Positions 25,679 through 35,095 of a stretch of 64,000 bases of DNA are shown one piece after another (position 1 is the stretch's first letter; each line of letters opens with the position of its first letter). Position numbers and translations under genes: made by a program. The notes under the pieces are model-generated. The model made no database searches and had not been told where the DNA came from. It saw nothing but the letters and a program-made list of their open reading frames with translations. Location: positions 32,421 to 96,420 of the forward strand of contig JAAXUC010000004.1 of NCBI GenBank assembly GCA_013336225.1. The letters are read 5' to 3'. This DNA is from Candidatus Moraniibacteriota bacterium (lineage in GTDB: Bacteria; Patescibacteriota; Minisyncoccia; Moranbacterales; GWC2-37-73).

Positions 25679-26707
25679 ATGCTTATTGAATCAAAAATTA
25701 TTGGTATAAATATTAAAAAGCAAAGGCTTTTGAATAAGATGTCACAAGTTGATGTTGGAAATCTTTTAAGTACTACAAAATCTTATATATGTAGCTTGGA
25801 GCGTGGTAATAGGAACCCTTCTTTGAAAACTTTAAAAAAAATAGCACTTATCTTCAATGTACCCGTAGAAATTCTTTTGAGGGGTAATGATATAGCTGAT
25901 TCAAAATATCAAAAGATAAGGGATGATAAATTTCAGCAATTTGAGAAGAAGATAAAAAATTGGAATATTACTTCACAGAAAAAATGGTGCAATTTTTTCA
26001 TCGATGAAGAAAGTATGTTTTTCAATAAAAATAGAATTAATCAGATAAAGACTATAGTGAAAAGATATGCTGATAATAAAAACTTATCAGTTATAGATTC
26101 GTCATGTGGAACTGGAAGACTTACGGAATTACTTGCAAAAGATGGCTTTAAAAAAATATATGGAATTGATGCCAATCCATATGTTGTAGAGATAGCAAGA
26201 GAGCAAGCAATACAAAAAGCATTAATGATAAACTATGATATATCTATTCCGCCAAGTTTTGAAAAAAAAGTATTTGATGTGGTTTTTAACATAGGAACAT
26301 CGATAGGGTATTTGCAAAGTGAGGAGGATAATTTTGAGAATATCAGAAGAATAAGTTGTTTAGTCAGTAGGGGTGGAAAAATAATAATTGAGGCAGTTAA
26401 TCCTATTGGGATATTGCGTAATTTTAGTTCAAGCGAAACACTTAAATTGGATGGAAAGAAGCGATCATATCAACGTTTTTTTGATGTAAGGAGTTCAACA
26501 AGTATTGAAAATGTTATTGATACTTATGATAATAAAAAACAAATTGAATATTTTAGCAGTATTCGATTATTTTTTCCCCACGAATTAATATCTATTTTTT
26601 TGAATAGTGGGTTTATTTTAGTTGATCTGCTTGATAATAATTTAACCAGGAAAAATACCGTTAATTCACCTAGGCTATGGTATATTTTTCAGAAAAAAAA
26701 TGTTTAA
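25679..26707 (+). CDS. XRE-type HTH fused to class I SAM-dependent methyltransferase
   Basis: MSQVDVG..YICSLERGNRNPSLKTL HTH; IDSSCGTGR, YGID, FDVV, GGKIIIE MTase motifs. Confidence 0.85.
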   Translation: MLIESKIIGINIKKQRLLNKMSQVDVGNLLSTTKSYICSLERGNRNPSLKTLKKIALIFNVPVEILLRGNDIADSKYQKIRDDKFQQFEKKIKNWNITSQKKWCNFFIDEESMFFNKNRINQIKTIVKRYADNKNLSVIDSSCGTGRLTELLAKDGFKKIYGIDANPYVVEIAREQAIQKALMINYDISIPPSFEKKVFDVVFNIGTSIGYLQSEEDNFENIRRISCLVSRGGKIIIEAVNPIGILRNFSSSETLKLDGKKRSYQRFFDVRSSTSIENVIDTYDNKKQIEYFSSIRLFFPHELISIFLNSGFILVDLLDNNLTRKNTVNSPRLWYIFQKKNV

Positions 26708-27797
26708 TTTTATTGGTAAAATGCAATTTCATCAGAATAAAATAAATTCTCTCCTTGAGGATAGAATTGAAAATTCACTAACTACTGTCTTTATTGATCT
26801 GGTTAGCGGTGTTTGTAATCATAAGTGTGTGTTTTGTGATGGAAATTTTAATCCAATAAAAAAGCTAATTTTTTCCAAGAGTAAGTTGCTTGAAATAGCT
26901 AATGATCTTGGTGATATGAATGTTGATTCCGTGATTATGGTTGGCGAGGGTGGAGAATCATTATTGAATCCCAATTTTTGTTTTTTTTCAAAGAAATTGT
27001 TGGATAAAAAAATTCATCTTGGAATGTATACGAACGGTGGCATGTTGAATAAGAAAAATCTCGGTGTTATTTCAAGGTTTGATTTTATTAGAATTTCTTT
27101 GGACTCTGGATCATCGATAACTCATCAGCAAGTGCATGGGTATGAGGATAGAGATGATTTTAATAAGATATTTGAATCAATTGAATATTTAAGAAAAAGA
27201 AGCAAAATACAAATAGGATCATCATTCTTGCTATTACCACAGAACGTAGATGATTTATATGAGGCTGCAAAGAGATTAAAGGAGGCTGGTGCGAATTATA
27301 TAGAGGTTAGGCCAGCATATTTAAGGGATTACGGCTTTGATTTAAAGGCTTTTAAATCGATAAAGGATCGTTTCTTATACCAATTGGATAAAATGGACGT
27401 CCTAAATGATGATAGCTTTAAGGTGATTATTAATAATCAGTTAAAGGAGATAATTAAAAATAAAAAAACAATTCGTGGTGATGTTACAAGGTTGAAAAGA
27501 TCAAGAAATTGTTTAACTTGTAGGTTGAGATTAGTTGTGAGTCCAACGGGATGTTATATTTGTCCACCAAATAGAAGTAAAGAAGATTTTCGCATAGGTG
27601 ATATTTGGAATAATCCTTTACGTAGCATTTGGAATAATAGGGAACATTTGGATAAGATTAATAAAAAATGTGATTTAAAATGTCCTTACCATAAGCAAAA
27701 TAATTTTTTAATTAAATTAAAGAAAAATAATTTAATTTTTGATGATAAGTGCTTGCTGCCAGCTGGCAAATTAATTACTCAGAAAAATTTTCTATAA
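26700..27797 (+). CDS. Radical SAM enzyme with C-terminal SPASM/Twitch-like Cys cluster
   Basis: CNHKCVFC (CxxxCxxC), GGES, YTNG, IRISLD; C-terminal C..VSPTGCYIC..IGDIW..IW..CDLKC. Confidence 0.9.
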   Translation: MFNFIGKMQFHQNKINSLLEDRIENSLTTVFIDLVSGVCNHKCVFCDGNFNPIKKLIFSKSKLLEIANDLGDMNVDSVIMVGEGGESLLNPNFCFFSKKLLDKKIHLGMYTNGGMLNKKNLGVISRFDFIRISLDSGSSITHQQVHGYEDRDDFNKIFESIEYLRKRSKIQIGSSFLLLPQNVDDLYEAAKRLKEAGANYIEVRPAYLRDYGFDLKAFKSIKDRFLYQLDKMDVLNDDSFKVIINNQLKEIIKNKKTIRGDVTRLKRSRNCLTCRLRLVVSPTGCYICPPNRSKEDFRIGDIWNNPLRSIWNNREHLDKINKKCDLKCPYHKQNNFLIKLKKNNLIFDDKCLLPAGKLITQKNFL

Positions 27798-27801
27798 AAA
27801 T

Positions 27802-28899
27802 ATGATAAAACCTATAAACTTTACAAAATATTATAAAGAAATTTTATCAGAATTGATGCTAGCATTTAGCGAGTTTATTTTAAGTGGGCAATATATCGGA
27901 GGTAAATTGGTGGAAAAATTTGAAGATAAAGTTAAAAAATATTTGGGTGCTAAACATGCAATAGGATGTAAGAGCGGAACACATGCTCTTCAGCTTGCGC
28001 TTTTAGCTGCTGGTGTTGAGAAAGGTGATGAAGTTATTACGGTTGCTAATACATATTACGCAACGGTATATGCAATTACTGCTGTAGGAGCAACGCCAAT
28101 TTTTTGTGATATTTTACCAGAAAATGGGCAAATTGATCATAATAAAATTGAAGCTAAAATTACTAAAAAAACAAAGGTTATTTTGCCAGTTCATTTGTAT
28201 GGGATACCTGTTAATTTGGGGGAAATTAGAAAAATTTGCAAAAAATATAAGTTAATATTAATTGAGGATTGTTCTCATGCATTTGGAACAAGGTTAAATG
28301 GTGAATATATAGGAAGTGATTCAGATTTTGGATGCTTTAGTATGTATCCAACAAAAAATCTCGGTGCTTTTGGTGATGCTGGATTTATAACAACAAAAAA
28401 TAAGAAATATGAAAGCAAGATTCGCGAATTGATTTATTTGACAGATGCTAAGCGGGTAAAATTTAATCCAAAAGCTATTCATGCTATGCTGGATCCTCTT
28501 CAGGCAGCCTTGCTTTTGGTAATGCTAGATAAGATGGATCAAGCACGCAAAGATAGAATTGAGAGAGCGGATGAATATAGGAAAAATCTAGAGGAATATA
28601 TCAGGATAAGTAAGGTTGGAAGTGATAGTGTTGTGAATCCTCACATGTTCCCAATTTTTATTAAAAATAGGAACAAGTTGATAAAATTTTTGGCAGATTC
28701 CTCTGTGCATGTGCAAGTTCATTATCCAACCAATCTGCATTGTCTGTCACAGTTTGGATCATACGCCAAAGGGTATCTCCCAGAAACGGAGAGGCACAAT
28801 AGAGAAGAGGTCAGTCTTTCTGTTCATCCATCTGTTTCAATATCTGAAGTTAAGAAAATATGTAAATTAATTAAGCAGTATGTCGAAATTAACAAATAG
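27802..28899 (+). CDS. DegT/DnrJ/EryC1/StrS PLP-dependent sugar aminotransferase
   Basis: SGTHAL, GDEVIT, PVHLYG, IEDCSHA, FSMYPTKNLGAFGDAG. Confidence 0.93.
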   Translation: MIKPINFTKYYKEILSELMLAFSEFILSGQYIGGKLVEKFEDKVKKYLGAKHAIGCKSGTHALQLALLAAGVEKGDEVITVANTYYATVYAITAVGATPIFCDILPENGQIDHNKIEAKITKKTKVILPVHLYGIPVNLGEIRKICKKYKLILIEDCSHAFGTRLNGEYIGSDSDFGCFSMYPTKNLGAFGDAGFITTKNKKYESKIRELIYLTDAKRVKFNPKAIHAMLDPLQAALLLVMLDKMDQARKDRIERADEYRKNLEEYIRISKVGSDSVVNPHMFPIFIKNRNKLIKFLADSSVHVQVHYPTNLHCLSQFGSYAKGYLPETERHNREEVSLSVHPSVSISEVKKICKLIKQYVEINK

Positions 28900-29884
28900 A
28901 AAGAAAATTGTTGTTTTGGTTCTTGGATTTAGGGCGCTTTCTTTTATTAAGAAGGGTTATTTAGCGTCAATTATTAAGGCTGCCGATAAAATAAAAAATG
29001 CAAAAGTTGATATTGTTTATCTTGATAATTATTCAAGAGATGGATCAGTACCATACATCATGAAAAATTATAAAAATATCGATCTATTATCTGCGACTGA
29101 AAATTATTTTTACTGTAAGGGTGTAAATGTCGGTTTGCAATTTTCATATCAAAAATATAGACCAGATTACTTTATGCTTGTAGATGCTGATAATCCATGT
29201 GAAGAGAGCGCTTATGGTAAGTTGATTGATTTTGCAAATAAAAATGCAAAAGTGGGAATTGTTCAGCCGCTAGTTAAGGGTCTAAGTGATTCAAATAGAG
29301 TATATTCATGTGGGCACGTATATGAAAATGGTATTTCATGTAGGCCATTAAGAGAAATCCCAAAAAACAAAAAAATATTATTAAATCTTCAAAGTTGTTC
29401 AATATCATCAACACTTGTCAAAACAAAGGTTTTTGAAAAATGTGGTTTGCTTGATCCTATTTTCAAGATTTATTATGAAAGTAGCGACTTATCATTCAGA
29501 GCAAGAAAAGCGGGCTTCTTGTGTGCTTGCCATGTTGAGGCTGTGTGTTTTAATGAGGGTGCAAAAGTTTCAAAAACTGATAATTTTCATGAGGGTTATT
29601 TTAGAAATAGAAACAATTTAATTTTCTGGAAAAAACATGATAATGAAAAATATGAAATTTTAAAAAAGATATATCAAGAAAGGCATAAGCAATTAAATGT
29701 AAAATTGGCTAATTTGAAATATGTCACAGACATGGAAGAGGAGAGTGAGCGAAGGGGGATTGAGGACGGCATAAAAATTACTAAAAAAATGGTTGCAGGT
29801 ATCAAGAATGAAGAGAGGATAGATAAATTTGATAAAACTGATGCTATTGTGATTCAGGAAGCATGCAAAAATAATGAAAAATAA
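28880..29884 (+). CDS. GT2-family glycosyltransferase
   Basis: DNYSRDGS, DAD motif, YYESSDLSFRARKAG. Confidence 0.88.
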   Translation: MSKLTNRKKIVVLVLGFRALSFIKKGYLASIIKAADKIKNAKVDIVYLDNYSRDGSVPYIMKNYKNIDLLSATENYFYCKGVNVGLQFSYQKYRPDYFMLVDADNPCEESAYGKLIDFANKNAKVGIVQPLVKGLSDSNRVYSCGHVYENGISCRPLREIPKNKKILLNLQSCSISSTLVKTKVFEKCGLLDPIFKIYYESSDLSFRARKAGFLCACHVEAVCFNEGAKVSKTDNFHEGYFRNRNNLIFWKKHDNEKYEILKKIYQERHKQLNVKLANLKYVTDMEEESERRGIEDGIKITKKMVAGIKNEERIDKFDKTDAIVIQEACKNNEK

Positions 29885-32150
29885 CATGTCAAAATCATTT
29901 CATCTTTTCTTATTGAAATTTTTCTATTCCATGTTATGCATTAAGGATTATTTCATGATGGGTTTTGAAATCAAAAAGCTTAAGAAGATAGCCAGCAAAT
30001 CAGTAGACACATTGCAATTTAATGATAAATTGAATGAAAATATCGTTGTTGGTGTGGACGAAAAAGAAGGATATTATATTGATTCAAAAAAGCCATCTTA
30101 TTACAAGAAGCACTTTAATGATTTTTTTCATAATGATTTGTATGGTAAATATAGATCAGATGAAAATATTATTTTAAGTACTGGTGCTCTTAATCAGGAT
30201 GAATTTTGTCTTCCGCGTTCGTTGAAATTTGCCATAAGCTATGCTCTTACGAGAAATTGGTATGGTTATTCTTGCAGCTTAGGTAGGGAATCAGCTCGCT
30301 TGGCTATAGCTGATCTGGAAAACCATAAAATTAATAGCAATATCTACAATGAAAATAATGTAGCATTGATACAGGGTGTTACGGCCGGATTATTTCACTT
30401 ATTATCATTTTTGAAAGAGAGAGAGGAAGATGGTAACTTCGGCATTTTGACGCATTATCCAACTTACGTGCCTTTTGCAGCAACTTGCGAAAAAATCGCA
30501 CCCACAAAAATAATAAATTTTTTTGGTGATAAAAAATTTAGCATCGAAGCGTTTAAGCGAAATATAGATAAAACAACAAAGGTGATTTTATTGCTTGGAG
30601 ATTTTAATCCATTAGGAAAACTTATGGATGTTTCTTTTGTTAATGAATTGATTGATATTTGTGATGAGAAGTCGATATATCTTATTATTGATGAGGCTGG
30701 TTCAAAATATCCGGAAAATAATTGGAATAATTTGAAAAATAGTGATTTCTTAATCAGGATGGATAGCTTATCTAAAAAAGTTTCAGTTCCTGGTATGAAA
30801 TTGGGATATTTTATTGCAAATGAGGAGATAATCTCTGAATTTTATGAGCGAGCATCAACAACCTATGGTGGCCCATCATCTTTTTTTTACATCCTACAAG
30901 AACTTGATGCAAGGTTCGATCTTTTTTTCCGCAAGGGTTTGCTTAAGATTGGATCAGGAGAGTTGGCATTATTTGATAAAAATTACAATCTAGGATTATT
31001 TTTTTTGAATATTCTCTATGGTCAATATATTAAAAATAAACATTTTTTTGAGTTAAAAATAAAACAGCATCGCAGTATCGTTATTGATAAGCTTATCAGT
31101 CATCATCCTCAATTGGTGAAAAAAATAATCATGCCAGAAACTGGTATTAATATTTTTTTGCAATTAGATGTCGATTACGGCAGTTATGAATTTTTCAGAA
31201 AATTGATAGTTGAAAAAAGGACAGCAGTTTTTCCGGGACTTTGTTCTGCTACAGATAAAGAATGCTGGATAAGAATAACATGTGGTGTTGATAAAAAAAC
31301 TTTGCAAACTGGTTTGGATAATTTGGTTGATTTTCTTAAGACTGAGTGGATCAAGAAACAAATACAAAAAGAGCCATTTTTTGAAAAATTACTTCTTGAT
31401 TTTGGTCAGTATGGGAGTTATGGTTACTTGTCATTTTTTGAACACATTTATGATGTTCAAAAAAATGGAATGAAAATATTGGATATTTTTGAGCTGAAAA
31501 CTAGAAGAAAGTTGGATCGTGATTTACTTAGGGAGGTGATATTTTGTCATGATGCTGGGAAAGTTGTGAGTGTGATAGTGTTTCGAATTATGAGAATTTT
31601 GCAACTTCAAAAAAAATATGGAAAAATCCCATTTTCAGTTTTTTCTAAATTGAGAGACGAGGATTTACTGTTTTTGCGAAAGGAAATAGTGGATTGTTTT
31701 GTTTTTACAAAAGAATATTTTTACGAAATGTTTCCATTTTTGCATGATTATTCTGAATTAATGAATTTAGATAGTGATAAATATCTTAAAGATACCGTCT
31801 TTACTGAGAAGATGCTTCAGCTTGCTCTGGATAAATATCCAAATTATGAGAAAAAAATAGAAGAAATGAAATTTATAATATTGAACAATTCCGCAAAAAT
31901 TAATATCAATAATTTAATGATTGGATATAATCCGTATATTTTCATTTTGGATTTTGCAGATAAAATTGCTGATTATAATCTTCCAGAAGAACCAACTCTG
32001 GCAAAAATAGATGAACTTTTGAGAAAAAAGAAAAAATATGTAATTAAACGATATTGTCATAATAATCGATCCATGGAAGCTATTGTCCATTGCGAGTTTA
32101 GTCATCTGTATGAGCTAATTAGGGAATCAAGAGTTTTTCATAAATGTTAA
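29874..32150 (+). CDS. Class I/II PLP aminotransferase-fold enzyme fused to an HD-like domain
   Basis: NPLG, IIDEA, DSLSKKVSVPGMKLG, WIRIT; C-terminal H...CHDAGK...DFADK. Confidence 0.78.
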   Translation: MKNNMSKSFHLFLLKFFYSMLCIKDYFMMGFEIKKLKKIASKSVDTLQFNDKLNENIVVGVDEKEGYYIDSKKPSYYKKHFNDFFHNDLYGKYRSDENIILSTGALNQDEFCLPRSLKFAISYALTRNWYGYSCSLGRESARLAIADLENHKINSNIYNENNVALIQGVTAGLFHLLSFLKEREEDGNFGILTHYPTYVPFAATCEKIAPTKIINFFGDKKFSIEAFKRNIDKTTKVILLLGDFNPLGKLMDVSFVNELIDICDEKSIYLIIDEAGSKYPENNWNNLKNSDFLIRMDSLSKKVSVPGMKLGYFIANEEIISEFYERASTTYGGPSSFFYILQELDARFDLFFRKGLLKIGSGELALFDKNYNLGLFFLNILYGQYIKNKHFFELKIKQHRSIVIDKLISHHPQLVKKIIMPETGINIFLQLDVDYGSYEFFRKLIVEKRTAVFPGLCSATDKECWIRITCGVDKKTLQTGLDNLVDFLKTEWIKKQIQKEPFFEKLLLDFGQYGSYGYLSFFEHIYDVQKNGMKILDIFELKTRRKLDRDLLREVIFCHDAGKVVSVIVFRIMRILQLQKKYGKIPFSVFSKLRDEDLLFLRKEIVDCFVFTKEYFYEMFPFLHDYSELMNLDSDKYLKDTVFTEKMLQLALDKYPNYEKKIEEMKFIILNNSAKININNLMIGYNPYIFILDFADKIADYNLPEEPTLAKIDELLRKKKKYVIKRYCHNNRSMEAIVHCEFSHLYELIRESRVFHKC

Positions 32151-32166
32151 TATAATTTTAAAAAGT

Positions 32167-32748
32167 ATGATCAAGATGGAATATTTTATTAAAAAAATTG
32201 TTGATATATTAAGCAAAAAAGGCTTGGAAGATAAGGAAATTTCCAATATCATGCTTACTTCCAATGAAACACTTATTAATGAGATAGCTGATGTCATTTT
32301 TGATTTTATGAATCGTGGAAAAAAAATAATATACAATGTGCAAGTTGATTATTCTAAAAATGTGGAGGAGATGGTTGAGATTACAATGCATGAATGGGCT
32401 AATGAAGACATCACCTCGGAACATTTCCTTAATATCAGGGGTAAATCCGCAGAAGTGAGTGTTGAGCTTATACATTTCAATCGAAGCATCCTAAGCGATG
32501 ATGCACTTCTTGAGATGAGTGCTATGGGTTATCGTGCGGCTAATATGCAGGAATTCTTGGCATTTGGTGCGAAATATCCTGATCTGCAACGCAAATTTCC
32601 AATTGTGGGATTGGGGTCAGTTTGGCACAGTGAAGACAGTCATCTTGTTGCATATATGAGCTGGGGAGCTTCTGGCCGTTACCTCCATTTGTGGCATCTT
32701 GATCTTGTTTGGGGTGACGGTTGTCGTTTTGCTGCCGTTAAAGAATAA
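32167..32748 (+). CDS. Hypothetical protein, possibly C-type-lectin-fold
   Basis: GYRAANMQEFLAFGAKYPDLQRKFPIVGLGSVW...RYLHL...W...CRFAAV; fold assignment is from recollection of similar CPR proteins. Confidence 0.65.
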   Translation: MIKMEYFIKKIVDILSKKGLEDKEISNIMLTSNETLINEIADVIFDFMNRGKKIIYNVQVDYSKNVEEMVEITMHEWANEDITSEHFLNIRGKSAEVSVELIHFNRSILSDDALLEMSAMGYRAANMQEFLAFGAKYPDLQRKFPIVGLGSVWHSEDSHLVAYMSWGASGRYLHLWHLDLVWGDGCRFAAVKE

Positions 32749-32838
32749 TTATTTTTAATGGCATATGAGGTTGTGGATATTCTGAAAAGGTAATATATAT
32801 TGAAAGCAGAATAAATCAAAAAGAAAGGGGGTGATGAT

Positions 32839-32985
32839 ATGCTAGATGGAAATCCTTGGGTTGGGGCAGCTATGAGTGGACACTACAATTACAAAGAAGC
32901 AGCGCCTATGTTTATATTTGCTGTAGTTATTGTTTGTGTGTTGCTTGTTATTGGTGTGGTAGTTTTTTTAAAAGAAAGAAAATAA
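32839..32985 (+). CDS. 48-aa single-TM small protein (not in ORF track)
   Basis: AAAGGGGGTGA RBS; MLDGNPWVGAAMSGHYNYKEAAPMFIFAVVIVCVLLVIGVVVFLKERK. Confidence 0.6.
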   Translation: MLDGNPWVGAAMSGHYNYKEAAPMFIFAVVIVCVLLVIGVVVFLKERK

Positions 32986-33181
32986 CTATTATTATCATCT
33001 TTGATGATAATAATAAGGCAGTAGGCCCTTGTTGACAGTGATGGGTGAAAATTATTATTGCGCTGCATTTTGAAAAATTGAAAACCGATATTTGGCTATT
33101 ATGCAAAATATCGGTTTTATTTTTTCATATTGCATGGGTTGCTTTTTTTGCTGATGCTGGATATAATTGGGCGAATAAGCA

Positions 33182-34069
33182 GTGTCGAAAAAAATAATGA
33201 AAATTACATTAAGTGCGTATGCTGGTTTTTGCGAAGGTGTGGAGCGGGCATATGATATTGTGGAAAAAATCGCCAAAGACCCGCTGGTAAAGCGGCCTAT
33301 TTTTGTGTTGGGCTCCTTGGTGCATAACGACGATGTGGTGCAGCGAATTGAGGACATGGGTGTCAGGAAAGTGCACGTGGAAGGTCCACTGGAAGAGTTC
33401 TTTGAGAAAATAAAAGGGGAGGTGGGAACTTTGGTCATCACGGCTCATGGCATTGGACCAAAAATATATGAGTTGGCCAAAAAATATGAAGTTGATTTGG
33501 TAGACACAACTTGTCCGCGCGTTATCAAGGTGCAAAGATTGGCCAAAGCTTTTTTTGATCGCAATACACAAATTGTGATTATTGGCGAAAGAAATCATAA
33601 GGAAGTTAAGGGAATTTATGAATGGGCCAATAAGCAAGCAATTTTCATTGAAACTGATGAAGATCTTTGTGGTTTCGATGTTGATCCAAAAAAGAAATTG
33701 GCAGTGATTTCTCAGACCACACAAGATCAGGAATTTGTCGATCGCGCAGCTGCGCAAATTTCCAAAAAATATCCGCACGCCCAAGTGGTGGATTCAATTT
33801 GCCTCACCACTCATCATCGTCAAACCGAAATCAAGCAGCTTGCCAAAGAAAATGATGTGGTAATTGCGATTGGTTCGCCTGAAAGTGCCAATTCCACGCG
33901 TCTTTGGGAAATTGCTCAAAGGGTTAATCCTTCCTCATATTTCATTCAGCGGGCGGCTGATCTTGAAAATGCTTGGTTTCTTGATTGCAAAAGTGTGGCA
34001 GTTACTGCGGGTGCAAGTACGCCAAAATGGATTATAGATGAGGTTATAAACAGATTGGAGACCTTATAG
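33182..34069 (+). CDS. ispH: 4-hydroxy-3-methylbut-2-enyl diphosphate reductase (LytB)
   Basis: AGFCEGV, LVHN, AHG, DTTCP, HKEV, SQTT, ICLTT..RQ, SANS, TAGASTP; start may be ATG 33197. Confidence 0.93.
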   Translation: MSKKIMKITLSAYAGFCEGVERAYDIVEKIAKDPLVKRPIFVLGSLVHNDDVVQRIEDMGVRKVHVEGPLEEFFEKIKGEVGTLVITAHGIGPKIYELAKKYEVDLVDTTCPRVIKVQRLAKAFFDRNTQIVIIGERNHKEVKGIYEWANKQAIFIETDEDLCGFDVDPKKKLAVISQTTQDQEFVDRAAAQISKKYPHAQVVDSICLTTHHRQTEIKQLAKENDVVIAIGSPESANSTRLWEIAQRVNPSSYFIQRAADLENAWFLDCKSVAVTAGASTPKWIIDEVINRLETL

Positions 34070-34109
34070 TGTTTACTGTCGTATTTGGGTTTTCGTGTTT
34101 TATATTACT

Positions 34110-34200
34110 TCTAATTTTGAATCAAATCTGAATGACATAATGTTTAAAAATTAAAACATTAAAAATTCATTCAAAATTCAAAATTGGAAATTCAAAATTT
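34110..34200. repeat. Family A heptamer element copy 3
   Basis: aatcaaatctgaatgacataatgtttaa core followed by (aaattca)n. Confidence 0.7.
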
Positions 34201-34277
34201 CCCTGTAGTGGCTTGATATTTATTACTATCTTAGATATACTGGATATATTGAAAAATCATAATAAAATGTAAAGATT

Positions 34278-35078
34278 ATGGCTAAAATAATGCTAGTTGA
34301 AGACGATCCGATGATCGCCGAAATATATCAAAAAAAATTCGAATTGGCAGGATTTGAGGTTGTTAATGCTGTGACTGGAAAAGAGGTTTTGAAATATGCG
34401 CTTGAGCAGAAATTCGACCTCATTTTGTTGGATTTGGTTTTGCCTGAGATGAGCGGGATGGATGTGCTTAAAGAGCTGCGCAGCAATGTTGCATATGACA
34501 GTGAATTAAAGGTGATAGTGCTTAGCAATTTGGATAAAACTGAAAATGAAAAAAAGGCCAAGGATTTGGGGGCAAATGATTTTATTGGAAAAACTCAATA
34601 CAGTCCGTCCGAACTTGCAATTGAGGTGCAACGACGCTTGAATGAATATGACGAACAAAAGAAAAATAAGGAACGCTTGAGTAATGGAGGAGGTGCTGGC
34701 ATCGTGTGCGCTGGCAAGAAAATTCTTTTCATTGAAGATGAGGAAATTTTCCTGGAAATGTTTGGTGGGAAATTGGAAAACGAGGGATATTGCGTGGAAT
34801 ATGCCAAAAATGGTGTTTGGGGTAGCAAGCTTGCAACTGAAAAAGATTTTGATTTGATAATCACTGATATGGTCATGCCGGCTATGGGCGGCGAAGAAAT
34901 TGTCAGACGGCTCAAGCTGGATGATAGAACAAAAAACTTGCCGATTATTGTGCTTTCCGCCTCGCTGATCGAAGAAGATATTCAGCCGGTGCGAGAATTG
35001 GGAGTGACTGATTTTTTTGAAAAAACACATTTAGTCCCAAGTGATCTTGCCCGGCGAGTCGGAGAAATATTGAATTAA
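34278..35078 (+). CDS. Response regulator with two receiver domains and no output domain
   Basis: VEDD..LLDLVLPEMSG..FIGK and IEDE..ITDMVMPAMGG..FFEK. Confidence 0.9.
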   Translation: MAKIMLVEDDPMIAEIYQKKFELAGFEVVNAVTGKEVLKYALEQKFDLILLDLVLPEMSGMDVLKELRSNVAYDSELKVIVLSNLDKTENEKKAKDLGANDFIGKTQYSPSELAIEVQRRLNEYDEQKKNKERLSNGGGAGIVCAGKKILFIEDEEIFLEMFGGKLENEGYCVEYAKNGVWGSKLATEKDFDLIITDMVMPAMGGEEIVRRLKLDDRTKNLPIIVLSASLIEEDIQPVRELGVTDFFEKTHLVPSDLARRVGEILN

Positions 35079-35095
35079 CATTAATTTTAAAATAT

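Noticed and set aside
25560-33000. Integrase-mobilised island with att sites
   Set aside because: No integrase and no flanking direct repeat found by eye; foreign origin rests on composition only
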